The notes below the pieces were generated by a model, which did no database searches, was not told the DNA's origin, and worked only from the letters and a program-made list of their open reading frames with translations. Of a stretch of 16,822 nt of DNA, positions 1 to 8,022 are shown piece after piece. Position 1 is the stretch's first letter, and the number at the start of each line of letters is the position of its first letter. Source of the DNA: a bacterium (GTDB lineage Bacteria; UBP7; UBA6624; JBBIMK01). The stretch lies in the NCBI GenBank assembly GCA_037444445.1, contig JBBIMK010000034.1, forward strand, positions 1 to 16,822, written 5' to 3'. A program made the translations under genes and the position numbers.

Positions 1-1
1 G

Positions 2-73
2 GATGCCTCTGATACGGTGACCGCAAGATATTACTGGGAGGGCTCAAGGTTCTTCTGTGGGGAAGAAAAATAA
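2..73 (+). CDS. C-terminal end of an unidentified CDS that begins left of the window (partial)
   Basis: Frame 2 is open from the window edge to TAA 71-73 (..DASDTVTARYYWEGSRFFCGEEK*). It is too short to assign a family and is absent from the ORF track because of its length. Confidence 0.3.
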   Translation, partial: DASDTVTARYYWEGSRFFCGEEK

Positions 74-450
74 TGGAAGATAAATCTATCCTTAAAAAGA
101 TTCCTGAACAAAGTTATAATGGCAGATTTTGTGCCACTTTTGAGCGTAGCCCGGGCGTTTTCCTTTAAGGGAGAAGGGCTGATAATTTTTTGTTGGGCTT
201 GTTATACTCTTTTCAGGGATACCTTTGTGGTTCTATCTCCTGCTTTCAAATCGTGGTGTTAGCTAAAGTCCTTCTGGGCTTTAGCGTAATCACAATCTCA
301 GGACTTTTATATCAATCCAAAATTTTAACTTTTGTGCCATTCATTTTCTTAACACTACTCTGGACATCTAATCATTATCTGGTATACCGTTTTGTTTTGA
401 TTTTCAGGTGGTATGAAAGGGGGTTTGGATGTGGGACTGGAATGCCGGGG

Positions 451-1197
451 CTACGATAGGGCGAGAAGCAAGGTTCGGATGCTTAAGGTGATGATGAGAG
501 CACTGACCAGAACCGTCAGGAGGCGGGAAGGGAGTGTTTTTGCAGAATAGGCGGCAAGGGGAGCGGCAATGATTCCTCCGAGGATTAACCCGGCAATGAC
601 TTTCCAGTGGGCAAGCCTCACGGTGATGATGAAGGTAGCGGATTCTGCAAGGGTCACAAAGAACTCCGCCAGATTGGCTGACCCGATGGCGAACCGGGGG
701 TGATTGCCCCCCGCCACTAAAGTGGAGGTGACGATGGGACCCCATCCGCCACCCCCTATGGCATCAAAGAAACCCCCGAAGAAACCTAATCCAGCAGGAA
801 AGGGGATGGTTTTTGCCTCCGCTTTCTGTTCTTTCTGGAAGGTTTTGTAAAGAATCCGCAAACCCATCAAAAGAAGGTAAAAAGCGATGAAGGGTTTGAT
901 TTTCTCTCCGGGCAGGGCGCTGAGGATGTAGGCACCCAGAATTCCACCCATCATTCCTGGAAGAAAGAGACTTTTGAATAGATTTTTATCCACATTCCCG
1001 AAGCGAAGATGAAAGAGGCCTGATACACCGCTGGTGAATATCTCCGCTGTGTGGACACTGGCGCTGACGGGTGCAGGCGGGATGCCGAGGGTGAGTAAAA
1101 AGGTGGCACAGGTAACCCCATAGCCCATCCCGAGGGCGCCGTCTATTACCTGGGCGATAAATCCCGCCAGGATAAACATCCACACCGCTGGTTCCAT
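451..1197 (-). CDS. TauE/SafE (DUF81, TSUP family) anion exporter-type membrane permease
   Basis: 248-aa ORF with ATG at 1197 and a GGGGA Shine-Dalgarno a few nt upstream. It is hydrophobic throughout with multiple TM segments. Gly-rich motifs (DGALGMGYG near the N-terminus, GGFFDAIGGGGWGPI in the second half) are typical of the two-repeat TSUP fold. Confidence 0.9.
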   Translation of the reverse strand: MEPAVWMFILAGFIAQVIDGALGMGYGVTCATFLLTLGIPPAPVSASVHTAEIFTSGVSGLFHLRFGNVDKNLFKSLFLPGMMGGILGAYILSALPGEKIKPFIAFYLLLMGLRILYKTFQKEQKAEAKTIPFPAGLGFFGGFFDAIGGGGWGPIVTSTLVAGGNHPRFAIGSANLAEFFVTLAESATFIITVRLAHWKVIAGLILGGIIAAPLAAYSAKTLPSRLLTVLVSALIITLSIRTLLLALS

Positions 1198-1309
1198 ACT
1201 ATCCCCTTTCCCCTTTCACCACATCTATACTATAGCAGTTGGGGGCAGAAGGAAAGAAAGGCTTGAAAAAGGATTAGACAACAATAAAGGCAAGCCCCGA
1301 ATAGAATTA

Positions 1310-1636
1310 TCAACCCATTGAATTTCGTGTTAGACCTTTTAACAATGCTTTTGCTCGTTGAACCTGGTCTTTCCTGACCATCAATCTTGCGGGCTCTACT
1401 ACAAGTCCTATGGATTGAAAATGCTCTCCTTTGAAAAGGTAACTTAACTTCTCACTATGTAGAATGGACTTGATGATGGCAATATCTCCCGCATTGTAAG
1501 TAGAAAGCACTTCTTCAAACTCCACATCATATTCTGGCGCTGGCGAAGGGGGAAGTTTGAAGACCAGAGGAACTTCGCAATCCGCACATTCCGTAAATCC
1601 TTCCCTGTATTCTACCCTACATTTGGGGCAAAACAC
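1310..1636 (-). CDS. Zinc-ribbon + DUF2007 (putative signal-transducing) domain protein
   Basis: GTG start at 1636 with GAGGAG 6 nt upstream. N-terminal CPKC..x..CADC zinc ribbon. The C-terminal ~65 aa (EEVLSTYNAGDIAIIKSILHSEKLSYLFKG...ARLMVRKDQVQRAKALL) fit the DUF2007 pattern. Confidence 0.75.
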   Translation of the reverse strand: MFCPKCRVEYREGFTECADCEVPLVFKLPPSPAPEYDVEFEEVLSTYNAGDIAIIKSILHSEKLSYLFKGEHFQSIGLVVEPARLMVRKDQVQRAKALLKGLTRNSMG

Positions 1637-1707
1637 AATTTTCTCCTCTTTTTAATCACCACTTTTTTATTCTATCAGATAAGATGGGTTATTATCAAAG
1701 GGTCAGC

Positions 1708-1735
1708 ATAAATAAAGATGGGTCACGGTGCAAAA
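1708..1735. repeat. Left copy of an imperfect direct repeat flanking the 1769-2463 cassette
   Basis: ATAAATAAAGATGGGTCACGGTGCAAAA versus the copy at 2654-2682. About 25 of 29 aligned positions match with one indel. The exact core AAAGATGGGTCA lies at 1714-1725. A partial third AGATGGGT lies at 1682-1689. Confidence 0.6.
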
Positions 1736-1768
1736 TTGACTGAAGGGTGTGCTGGGCTGGGTGGGCGG

Positions 1769-1996
1769 TTATTGGTGTTTCGTAGTCGGTGTCTTTTTCC
1801 TGTTTTCTGCGGCTTGACGACCTTCAAGTTTCCTCTGGCCCCACTGCCGTGCAAATTGGTTCAACACCGTGGCGATTTCTATCTTCTTTTCAAAAGGCAA
1901 CCTGGCTTGCTCTTTGCGATGGGCTTCCTTCGCCTTGAACAGTTTTCGACGGTATTCTTCTATTTCTTTGTTGTTTCTGGCAACGACCTTCATCAT
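1769..1996 (-). CDS. Small basic helical protein, downstream partner of the NTase-fold gene (hypothetical)
   Basis: 75-aa ORF whose ATG (1996-1994) overlaps the TGA (1995-1993) of the upstream gene as ATGA, indicating translational coupling. Lys/Arg/Glu-rich helical composition. I recognised no family. Confidence 0.6.
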   Translation of the reverse strand: MMKVVARNNKEIEEYRRKLFKAKEAHRKEQARLPFEKKIEIATVLNQFARQWGQRKLEGRQAAENRKKTPTTKHQ

Positions 1997-2463
1997 CGTT
2001 CACCCATAAAAATTTTAAATTTTCCCTTCAGTCTATGTCTACGCAAAATACTTGACAGGAGTTTTCTATCTATTTTTGTTTGTTCCAAAAGCCTAACAAT
2101 TTTCTCCCTGTCTTTCAACCGGAACACAGAGAGAAAAATCGCGAACAGGTATTCTGGTCGCAAGATTTTTACCTGGATATTTTTATATTTCACGGAAACA
2201 GCATGGTGGACAGCTTCTTTTTCCAGCGCCGTCGTAGCGGGTATAAATAGTATGGGCGTTTCGCCTATCAAGATATACTCTTTGTAAGTCTTATACCCTT
2301 TTTGGGTTAGGTAATCATAGAAGGGCGTCAGCAAGAGTAAACCCTGTTCTTCAGGTGGAATAAAAAAAATGTCCACATGGCGTGTGGCAAAAGGTTCTGT
2401 ATAATAGATGGTAGCGATTGCACCGCCGGTGGCGTAATTATCAAGGATTCCTTCTGCATGCAT
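1993..2463 (-). CDS. Minimal nucleotidyltransferase-fold (MNT/DUF6036-like) protein, hypothetical
   Basis: 156-aa ORF with ATG at 2463. The N-terminal ATGGAIATIYYTEPFATRHVDIFF resembles the hG[GS]...DxD strand-helix-strand of minimal NTases, but only one Asp is retained. A C-terminal RLKDREKIVRLL helix is as in AbiEii/MNT-like proteins. Weak Shine-Dalgarno. Confidence 0.6.
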   Translation of the reverse strand: MHAEGILDNYATGGAIATIYYTEPFATRHVDIFFIPPEEQGLLLLTPFYDYLTQKGYKTYKEYILIGETPILFIPATTALEKEAVHHAVSVKYKNIQVKILRPEYLFAIFLSVFRLKDREKIVRLLEQTKIDRKLLSSILRRHRLKGKFKIFMGER

Positions 2464-2653
2464 TCTGCTTATGATTCTTCATGCGCGTTCCATATTAGAA
2501 GTTCATACTTTCTTGCGTAAGTATGAAAACCCATTACGTCTTCTTGCGGGCCCAAAGCCCTCCGGGGCAAGGGATAAAATCTTACCGGCAAGATGGCGAT
2601 GTTTCAGAGGGCGTTTTCATTGGCCTGGCTCCGTTCACCATCACAATTTTACC

Positions 2654-2682
2654 ATAGATAAAAGATGGGTCAAGGTGCGAAA
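2654..2682. repeat. Right copy of the imperfect direct repeat flanking the 1769-2463 cassette
   Basis: ATAGATAAAAGATGGGTCAAGGTGCGAAA, with the exact core at 2661-2672. Weaker similarity continues ~30 nt rightwards in both copies (..CTGAAGGGTG..CTGGGTGGGCGG versus ..CTAAAGCCTGATGGGTGGATGG). Confidence 0.6.
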
Positions 2683-2737
2683 GGGTCTAAAGCCTGATGG
2701 GTGGATGGAGGAAGTGGAATGAATGTCCACCTCACTT

Positions 2738-2767
2738 TTGATTTTTTCACAGAGTATATACTATAAT
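2738..2767 (+). promoter_or_regulatory. Sigma-70-type promoter upstream of the superoxide dismutase gene
   Basis: TTGATT (2738-2743), 18-nt spacer, then a perfect TATAAT (2762-2767). The predicted start near 2774 lies upstream of the TTG 2798 start and its GAGAGGTGAGAGGAAG purine tract. Confidence 0.5.
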
Positions 2768-2797
2768 TTATGGTGGTAGTTGAGAGGTGAGAGGAAG

Positions 2798-3517
2798 TTG
2801 GTTGGTTTGAACCGGAGGCAATTTCTAACAGGTGCCGTTTCCTCTCTCTTCTCGTGGTGGTGGGTTTTTCCGAAAATGTCAGGGGAAAAGAAAAATCTGA
2901 AAGCCCCGTTCGGAGTCGGGGCAAGGAGGAGAAAAATGAAATACGAGTTACCCCCTTTACCTTATTCTTATGATGCTCTGGAGCCTTATATTGACTCCAG
3001 GACGATGGAGATTCATCACACGAAGCACCATCAGGCGTATGTGAATAATCTCAACGCCGTTCTGGAGAAGTATCCGGACCTGCAGGATAAAGCACTGGAG
3101 GACCTGTTGAGGAATCTTTCCAGCCTGAAGATGGAGGAGAAGGACCGCACGATTCTAAAGAATCATGGGGGCGGGCATATCAATCACTCCCTCTTCTGGC
3201 AGATTATGGGACCATCCAAGCAGGTGGATGAGGTCCTGAGGGCAGAAATCCAGAAGGAATTTGGGTCCTTTGATGAGTTCAAGAAGGTCTTCAGCCAGAC
3301 TGCCATTGCCCATTTTGGCTCGGGCTGGGCGTGGCTGGTGCGGGATGAAAATCAGAAATTGAAAGTCTATTCTCTTCCCAACCAGGATTCTCCATATCTC
3401 CAGGGGCATATTCCCATCATCGGGCTGGATGTGTGGGAGCACGCCTATTATCTCAAGTATCAGAATCGGCGGAATGAGTATGTGGAAGCCTGGTGGAATG
3501 TGCTAAAACTTTTATAG
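2798..3517 (+). CDS. sodA: Mn-type Fe/Mn-family superoxide dismutase, possibly with a twin-arginine signal/anchor
   Basis: Mature part [36 protein letters not shown].., [16 protein letters not shown] and [15 protein letters not shown] contain the metal ligands and the Mn-type signature (GGGH.NHS.FW plus Q in NQD). The start is ambiguous. ATG 2936 has a perfect AGGAGG 6 nt upstream and gives 193 aa. In-frame TTG 2798 (or 2780) adds a leader containing [20 protein letters not shown]. Confidence 0.93.
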   Translation: MVGLNRRQFLTGAVSSLFSWWWVFPKMSGEKKNLKAPFGVGARRRKMKYELPPLPYSYDALEPYIDSRTMEIHHTKHHQAYVNNLNAVLEKYPDLQDKALEDLLRNLSSLKMEEKDRTILKNHGGGHINHSLFWQIMGPSKQVDEVLRAEIQKEFGSFDEFKKVFSQTAIAHFGSGWAWLVRDENQKLKVYSLPNQDSPYLQGHIPIIGLDVWEHAYYLKYQNRRNEYVEAWWNVLKLL

Positions 3518-3540
3518 AACGAGGGCGTCAATATATGGCG

Positions 3541-5658
3541 TCAGTCGGGGACGATTTCTATGAAGTCGCTCCCCAGTTTTACAATCAGGGATTTCCCTAA
3601 GGAGAGATAGGAGGCTATATCGGGGTGATTTTTTAAGAGTTCAAAGTATTCCTCACTGAGGAAGACGACCTTTTTTGTGGTTTCACCCTGGTATTCTGTA
3701 TCTTCCCAGCGACCTTTTCGGAGGACGAAGGCTTTCTCGCCGATTACCCGAAGGGATTCACCTGTCTGTTCAGGAGGGGAAATCGCTCTCTCTGCGGATT
3801 TTAAGGCGGCCATCTCTTGTGAGGTGGACATAGCGGGTGCGCCTGCGGCTGCCGATTGCCCAAGGTAACGGTCCGTCATCATTTGCGCCATAGGTGTGGG
3901 CACGGGCTGTTCCTGGACCAAAAAGGAGGTGTAAGGGGTGAGGATGCCATATTTTCTGGAGAGGGCGACGACGGAGGAAATCAGTTCCGGGTTAGAGCCT
4001 TTGAGTCGGATTTCATCCAAGAGGTGGCCGATTTTCCTGGTTGCCCAGAGGCGAGCCACATAGGGCTTGTCTTCATCTCGGGCGGGGAAGTAGAGGGTGT
4101 AAGAGGACGATTGAATTTTCTGCCCCACCCTGCCTTGAAGGCGGATGGTGACACTTCCGGAGCCGGAATACCGCCCGGCGATGACTGCCTGCGAGCCGCC
4201 GAAAATGTCTGGCAATCCTTGCGGGTACAGGTCATACACCCCGATTCCGTCGTAGGAAAGGGTGGGGCTGGATAGCACCGGGCTTTTGATTTTCATATAC
4301 AGTGCAGAGACCTTGCTTTCTATGTTCTCGGACGGGAAGACATAATCGGAAGAGCCACCGTTTTGCTGAGCCAGTTTATCCAGGAAGAAGACATTCACAT
4401 CGGTGCCCACGCCGAAGACGAAGAGCCTGCATCGGTTGGAGAATAACTTTTTCTGCTGCTCTGCCACATCCTGCAAAAGGGCCTCCAGGTCTGTTTTTCC
4501 CTCCGTGGGGTTGCCATCGGTGAGGAAGATGGCATAACAGGGGAGGGAAGAGCCTGCGGGCATAGAGAGGGCGGTAGACAGGGCATCGCCGATGTTGGTT
4601 CCGCCCACTGCCTCCACCTGGTCCACGAATTGCCGGGCCTGCGTCAGGGTTTCCTCATTCACGCGCTGTAAAGAATCAAAAAGGGTGCGGACCCCGCTGG
4701 AAAAGGCGATGAGATTAAACCGGTCCCGGGGGTTCAAATGCTCCAGAATAAAGCGAAGCCCCCCCTTCGCCTGCTGGATTTTCTCCCCCGACATACTGCC
4801 GGAAGTATCCAGAATGAAGAGGAAGTTCTTGGCTTCCACCTCCTGCTCTATCAGGCTTCCGGGGGAGAGAAGGAGTAGAAAGTAGCCGTCTTCACCGCTG
4901 ATGCGGTAGGGAATCATATCCACCGAGATTTTCTCATTTCCCGCGGAATAATACAGGGCGAAATTCTGGCTAAAATCCTTCTTCGTGCCTTCCAATGATA
5001 CGCTGGCTGAAGTGGGAGAATTCCGAACCACCTCCACAGAATGGGTGGGGGAATAGATGGTTTTCAGCGGCTGTTTGGAGGAGAGGGCAATGGAGATGGA
5101 GAGTGTTTCCGGGGGCGTTTCCGTGGTGGCTTTCAAAGGGAGGGCGAGTTGATAGAAGTTCCCGCTGGCAGGAACCACCTGGGAGTAGGAGATTTTCAGC
5201 GTTCTGCGGGCGCCTGGCGGGACGGGAAAGATGCGGGCAGAAAGCAAGCCATTCCCCAGGAAGGATAAGAGGGCTGGGTCGCGACGCCTGCGGACGATGC
5301 TTTCATATATCCCCCGCGCCTGGTTCGCATCCAGTAGTTCACCCCCCACCTCCACCCCATCCATCCAGATGGAAAATCGCTCTATGGAAATCTCCTGTGG
5401 CACGGGGAGTAGAAAGGTGCCTTCCGCAGGCAGTGAGCCGGTGTTTTCAAACACCTCTTCTATGGTGATGCGGGCGGTGGCGCCGGTTGCCTCCCCGCGA
5501 ATCTTCAAGTCCACCGGCTTCAATTCCCCGGGCCATACAGGCGGAGGAACAGGGGGCGGGGGTAGAGGGGGCAGGATTCGCTCTCCACCCGCCCCTGTAA
5601 GCAATCCGATGAACCCTAACAATACCCCATACACAAACACCCTTTTACTTTTTCTCAT
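3541..5658 (-). CDS. Secreted/membrane-anchored VIT domain + von Willebrand factor A domain protein
   Basis: 705-aa ORF. ATG 5658 has GAGGTGA 6 nt upstream and overlaps the anti-sigma gene by 14 nt. N-terminal signal/anchor (VFVYGVLLGFIGLLTGAGG) and a poly-Pro linker. VIT-like block (ARITIEEVFENTG..EGTFLLPVP..IYESIVRRRRDPALLSF..ARIFPVPPG..KISYSQVV). VWA block with MIDAS motif FILDTSGSMSG. Confidence 0.9.
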   Translation of the reverse strand: MRKSKRVFVYGVLLGFIGLLTGAGGERILPPLPPPPVPPPVWPGELKPVDLKIRGEATGATARITIEEVFENTGSLPAEGTFLLPVPQEISIERFSIWMDGVEVGGELLDANQARGIYESIVRRRRDPALLSFLGNGLLSARIFPVPPGARRTLKISYSQVVPASGNFYQLALPLKATTETPPETLSISIALSSKQPLKTIYSPTHSVEVVRNSPTSASVSLEGTKKDFSQNFALYYSAGNEKISVDMIPYRISGEDGYFLLLLSPGSLIEQEVEAKNFLFILDTSGSMSGEKIQQAKGGLRFILEHLNPRDRFNLIAFSSGVRTLFDSLQRVNEETLTQARQFVDQVEAVGGTNIGDALSTALSMPAGSSLPCYAIFLTDGNPTEGKTDLEALLQDVAEQQKKLFSNRCRLFVFGVGTDVNVFFLDKLAQQNGGSSDYVFPSENIESKVSALYMKIKSPVLSSPTLSYDGIGVYDLYPQGLPDIFGGSQAVIAGRYSGSGSVTIRLQGRVGQKIQSSSYTLYFPARDEDKPYVARLWATRKIGHLLDEIRLKGSNPELISSVVALSRKYGILTPYTSFLVQEQPVPTPMAQMMTDRYLGQSAAAGAPAMSTSQEMAALKSAERAISPPEQTGESLRVIGEKAFVLRKGRWEDTEYQGETTKKVVFLSEEYFELLKNHPDIASYLSLGKSLIVKLGSDFIEIVPD

Positions 5659-6568
5659 CCGATTTCACCTCGGGATATTTTTCTTTTGAAGTGGACACTT
5701 CACTTTTGCCCTGAGACCCGGCTTCCCGGATTTTCAATTTCAAAATCGTCTGGTCTCCCTGCTGAACGGCCTCTACGGTAAAATACCGGGATAACAAGGA
5801 TTTTAAAGATTTTAGAGAGTCGGGGGATAATTTCATCACGACTCGCTGTGGGGATTCTACTTTTGCTTTCTGCGCTTTCATAGCTCTTTTCTGGCTATCG
5901 TCCACAGAGGAAGCCTGTGGAGAAGGGGCGGAAGGTTCCAGCCCTTTCTCTTCCACCGCCTCCTTTTCTTCGGGTGTCTCAAACTCCAGAACCACGGGTT
6001 GCTCCAGGGGTGCTGATACGCATAACTCTACAGATTCTTGAGGAGGCAGAAACCCGGGAAGGAATGTTTCTGCAGGGGGTGAAGGGGGAGCGGATGGGGG
6101 TGAAGCGCCCTCCGCTCTGTCAGATATGGCCTGCCCCGGTGTAACCGGAGCCGGCTGAGCGGGAGGCGTTTCTTCTGCGAGGGGCCTGGCTGGCGAAGGT
6201 AGAGGCTCCTCAGAGGGGGCTTGCTTCATCTGATAGGCTCCCTTCGGCTCCTTTGCCATAGAAAAAAGTCGGGAGACTCCCGAGTAATATCCCGCATAAT
6301 AAGAAAGACCAATCAGGAAGAGAAAGGTTATCGTGGCGGGGGCGAGGAGAGGATAAAAAGATTTGCGAGGGCCACGGTATGCCAGTTCCCCACGGAAAAC
6401 CCTCCGGGGCAAGCCCCGAACTGCCTCAGAAACCTCCTGATAACTCCTCAGCGTGGCAGAACAGGTGGAACACACCAGAAGATGCTCTTCCACCCTCTTC
6501 CTTTCCTCCTCTGATATTTCCCCATCTAAATAAACGCTCAATTCTTCCGGCTGTAGATGATTATTCAT
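5645..6568 (-). CDS. zf-HC2 anti-sigma factor with single TM helix and Pro/Glu-rich extracytoplasmic region
   Basis: ATG 6568 with GGAGGGAG 6 nt upstream. The N-terminal LSVYLDGEISEEERKRVEEHLLVCSTCSATL carries the H-x3-C-x2-C zinc motif of ECF anti-sigmas. TM segment FYPLLAPATITFLFLIGLSYYAGYY. It lies 111 nt downstream of the ECF sigma gene. Confidence 0.8.
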   Translation of the reverse strand: MNNHLQPEELSVYLDGEISEEERKRVEEHLLVCSTCSATLRSYQEVSEAVRGLPRRVFRGELAYRGPRKSFYPLLAPATITFLFLIGLSYYAGYYSGVSRLFSMAKEPKGAYQMKQAPSEEPLPSPARPLAEETPPAQPAPVTPGQAISDRAEGASPPSAPPSPPAETFLPGFLPPQESVELCVSAPLEQPVVLEFETPEEKEAVEEKGLEPSAPSPQASSVDDSQKRAMKAQKAKVESPQRVVMKLSPDSLKSLKSLLSRYFTVEAVQQGDQTILKLKIREAGSQGKSEVSTSKEKYPEVKSDEKK

Positions 6569-6679
6569 TGAAATCTCCCTCCATTCTTGAACCCTTGTGC
6601 CTTGAATACGGCGAATGTATCTTCATTTTTGAATTCTTCTTTTTGAAGAGTGCCTCCTCTTTTCCCATCTAATTTCATC

Positions 6680-7240
6680 TCATCCCACTCCTTTTCCGTA
6701 TCCTAACAATCGTGCCAGGTTCTGCCTTGCGCGAGCGATTCTGGATTTCACGGTTCCGATGGAAAGGTTCAATGATTCGGCAATCTCCTCATAACTCATT
6801 CCTTCCATCTCTCGCAAAAGGAGGACGGAGCGGGCAGATTCAGGCAAAGAGGATAGGGCTTTCTGAACCTCCATCTGCGTTTCCAATCGCTCTATGCTTT
6901 CTTCCGGGTCTTCCATCCCTGCGGATGGATAGGAATCCGGCAGAGGGATGAAGGGTCTGAGAATCCATTTTCGGTAATGGCTTTTGAACAGGTTAGTAGC
7001 GATGCGGAACAGCCAGGGTTTGAATTTCTCCCGGTTCCGGAGAGATTTCAAGGACTGGTAGGCGCGGATGAAGGTTTCTTGAACCAGGTCCTCCGCCCTT
7101 TCATGATTTCGTGTGAGATAAAAGAGGTAATTGAACACGGCGTGCTGGTACCGAGCCATCAGGAGGTCAAAACTGTCCGTATCACCCACCAGGACATCTT
7201 CCACCAGCTGGGCATCCGTCATCTCTTCCTGTTCACCCAA
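6680..7240 (-). CDS. ECF-type (group 4) sigma-70 family RNA polymerase sigma factor
   Basis: Region 2 (FDLLMARYQHAVFNYLFYLTRNHERAEDLVQETFIRAY) and region 4 HTH (MSYEEIAESLNLSIGTVKSRIARARQNL). TTG start at 7240 is preceded by AGGAGGT with an 8-nt spacer. An alternative ATG lies at 7222. Confidence 0.9.
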   Translation of the reverse strand: MGEQEEMTDAQLVEDVLVGDTDSFDLLMARYQHAVFNYLFYLTRNHERAEDLVQETFIRAYQSLKSLRNREKFKPWLFRIATNLFKSHYRKWILRPFIPLPDSYPSAGMEDPEESIERLETQMEVQKALSSLPESARSVLLLREMEGMSYEEIAESLNLSIGTVKSRIARARQNLARLLGYGKGVG

Positions 7241-7380
7241 TAAATATGACCTCCTTTGAGGATGAAAAGTTCCACCCTCTGTATTTTCTCACATCCGGGA
7301 ATAAACTTCCACCCTGCCTCACCCTGTTTGGAAATGCAAAAATAGGGTATGATGGTAGACAGCAAAGGACAGGTGTAAAT

Positions 7381-8020
7381 ATGTTAAATCAAGTTCAAAT
7401 TAAAAATTTCAAGTTGCACGAGGAAAGTTCGTTCAAGTTTGCCCCCATCACGCTCTTCATCGGACCGAACAACACGGGGAAATCCAGCGTCTTCCAGGTT
7501 CTCCAACTCCTCAAGCAAGCCTCTGTGAATCCACGTTTTAATACTCCTATTATTATAAGCCCCAAGGAGAATTTCATATCCCTCATTTGCCTTGGTTCTT
7601 TCCCTTCTCATCAACGAAGGCTCTGGCGCCAACCAACTGCCTTACATCATTCTGCCCCTTTTCTTTACCCCTTCGGGCGGAAGCCTCATCCTTTATGAGC
7701 CCGAGGCTCACCTGCACCCCGGGGCGCAATCGGAATTGATGAAAGAAATCCTCTTGAAATCCCACAAAGCGGAAAACAAACAGTTGTTAATAGAAACCCA
7801 CAGCGAACATATCCTTCACAGCTTTCTTTATGCAGTTCGGAAAGGCGACCTTAAGCCGGAAGATGTGGCCATCTACTATTTTGACAACCCCGACCCGAAA
7901 GAAAGAAAGGCGAAATACGAGCGTCTGGAAATAACCAATGAAGGGCAAGTGAAAGGAGGACTTCCGGGATACTACGACCAGGCTCTGGTGGAACTTAAGC
8001 AAATGCTGGAACCCGTATAG
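7381..8020 (+). pseudogene. Frameshifted, internally shortened ABC/AAA_21-type ATPase with DUF3696-like C-terminus
   Basis: The frame-1 ORF (track 7246..7698, likely ATG 7381) encodes MLNQVQIKNFKLHE..ITLFIGPNNTGKSS (Walker A). The frame-2 ORF (7592..8020) encodes EGSGANQL (signature-like), LILYEPEAHLHP (Walker B), IETHSEHIL (H-loop) and EDVAIYYF..LPGYYDQ. Frame 2 opens only after TAA 7556-7558, so a +1 shift must lie in 7559-7600. After that point the frame-1 product reads like junk. Confidence 0.6.
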
Positions 8021-8022
8021 CC

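Noticed and set aside
190-459. 89-aa plus-strand ORF in the AT-rich stretch 169-450, and the 31-aa ORF 73-168 that overlaps the upstream stop as TAATG
   Set aside because: The 89-aa product is a Leu/Phe/Ile string typical of translating T-rich DNA. It has no Shine-Dalgarno and overlaps the 3' end of the permease gene. The 31-aa ORF is too short to support, with no recognisable motif. The region is probably a convergent-gene spacer, and I found no clear terminator hairpin in it.
1718-2287. 189-aa plus-strand ORF antisense to the NTase-fold cassette
   Set aside because: It is antisense to two coupled, better-supported genes. It has low-complexity hydrophobic composition and no ribosome-binding site.
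2471-2924. ORFs 2471..2722(+) and 2670..2924(-) in the region between the cassette and sodA
   Set aside because: They show no start signals. They overlap the right direct repeat, the sodA promoter and the Tat-like leader, and their composition is not protein-like.
3518-3543. Direct repeat GGCGTCA-atatat-GGCGTCA in the 23-nt gap between convergent sodA and the VIT-VWA gene
   Set aside because: The two copies are direct, not inverted, so they form no terminator hairpin. A 7-mer repeat is well within chance, and the second copy is partly the stop codon region of the VIT-VWA gene.
3677-5689. Many plus-strand ORFs (3677..3868, 3856..4275, 4302..4523, 4592..4885, 4995..5468, 5041..5268, 5231..5689) and minus alt-frame ORFs inside the VIT-VWA gene
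   Set aside because: These are shadow ORFs antisense to, or out of frame with, a 705-aa gene that has clear domain motifs. Their Arg/Gly/Pro-rich products are typical of GC-rich shadow frames. The same reasoning applies to the alt-frame ORFs inside the anti-sigma, sigma, subtilase (10266-14887) and terminase (15075-16233) genes.
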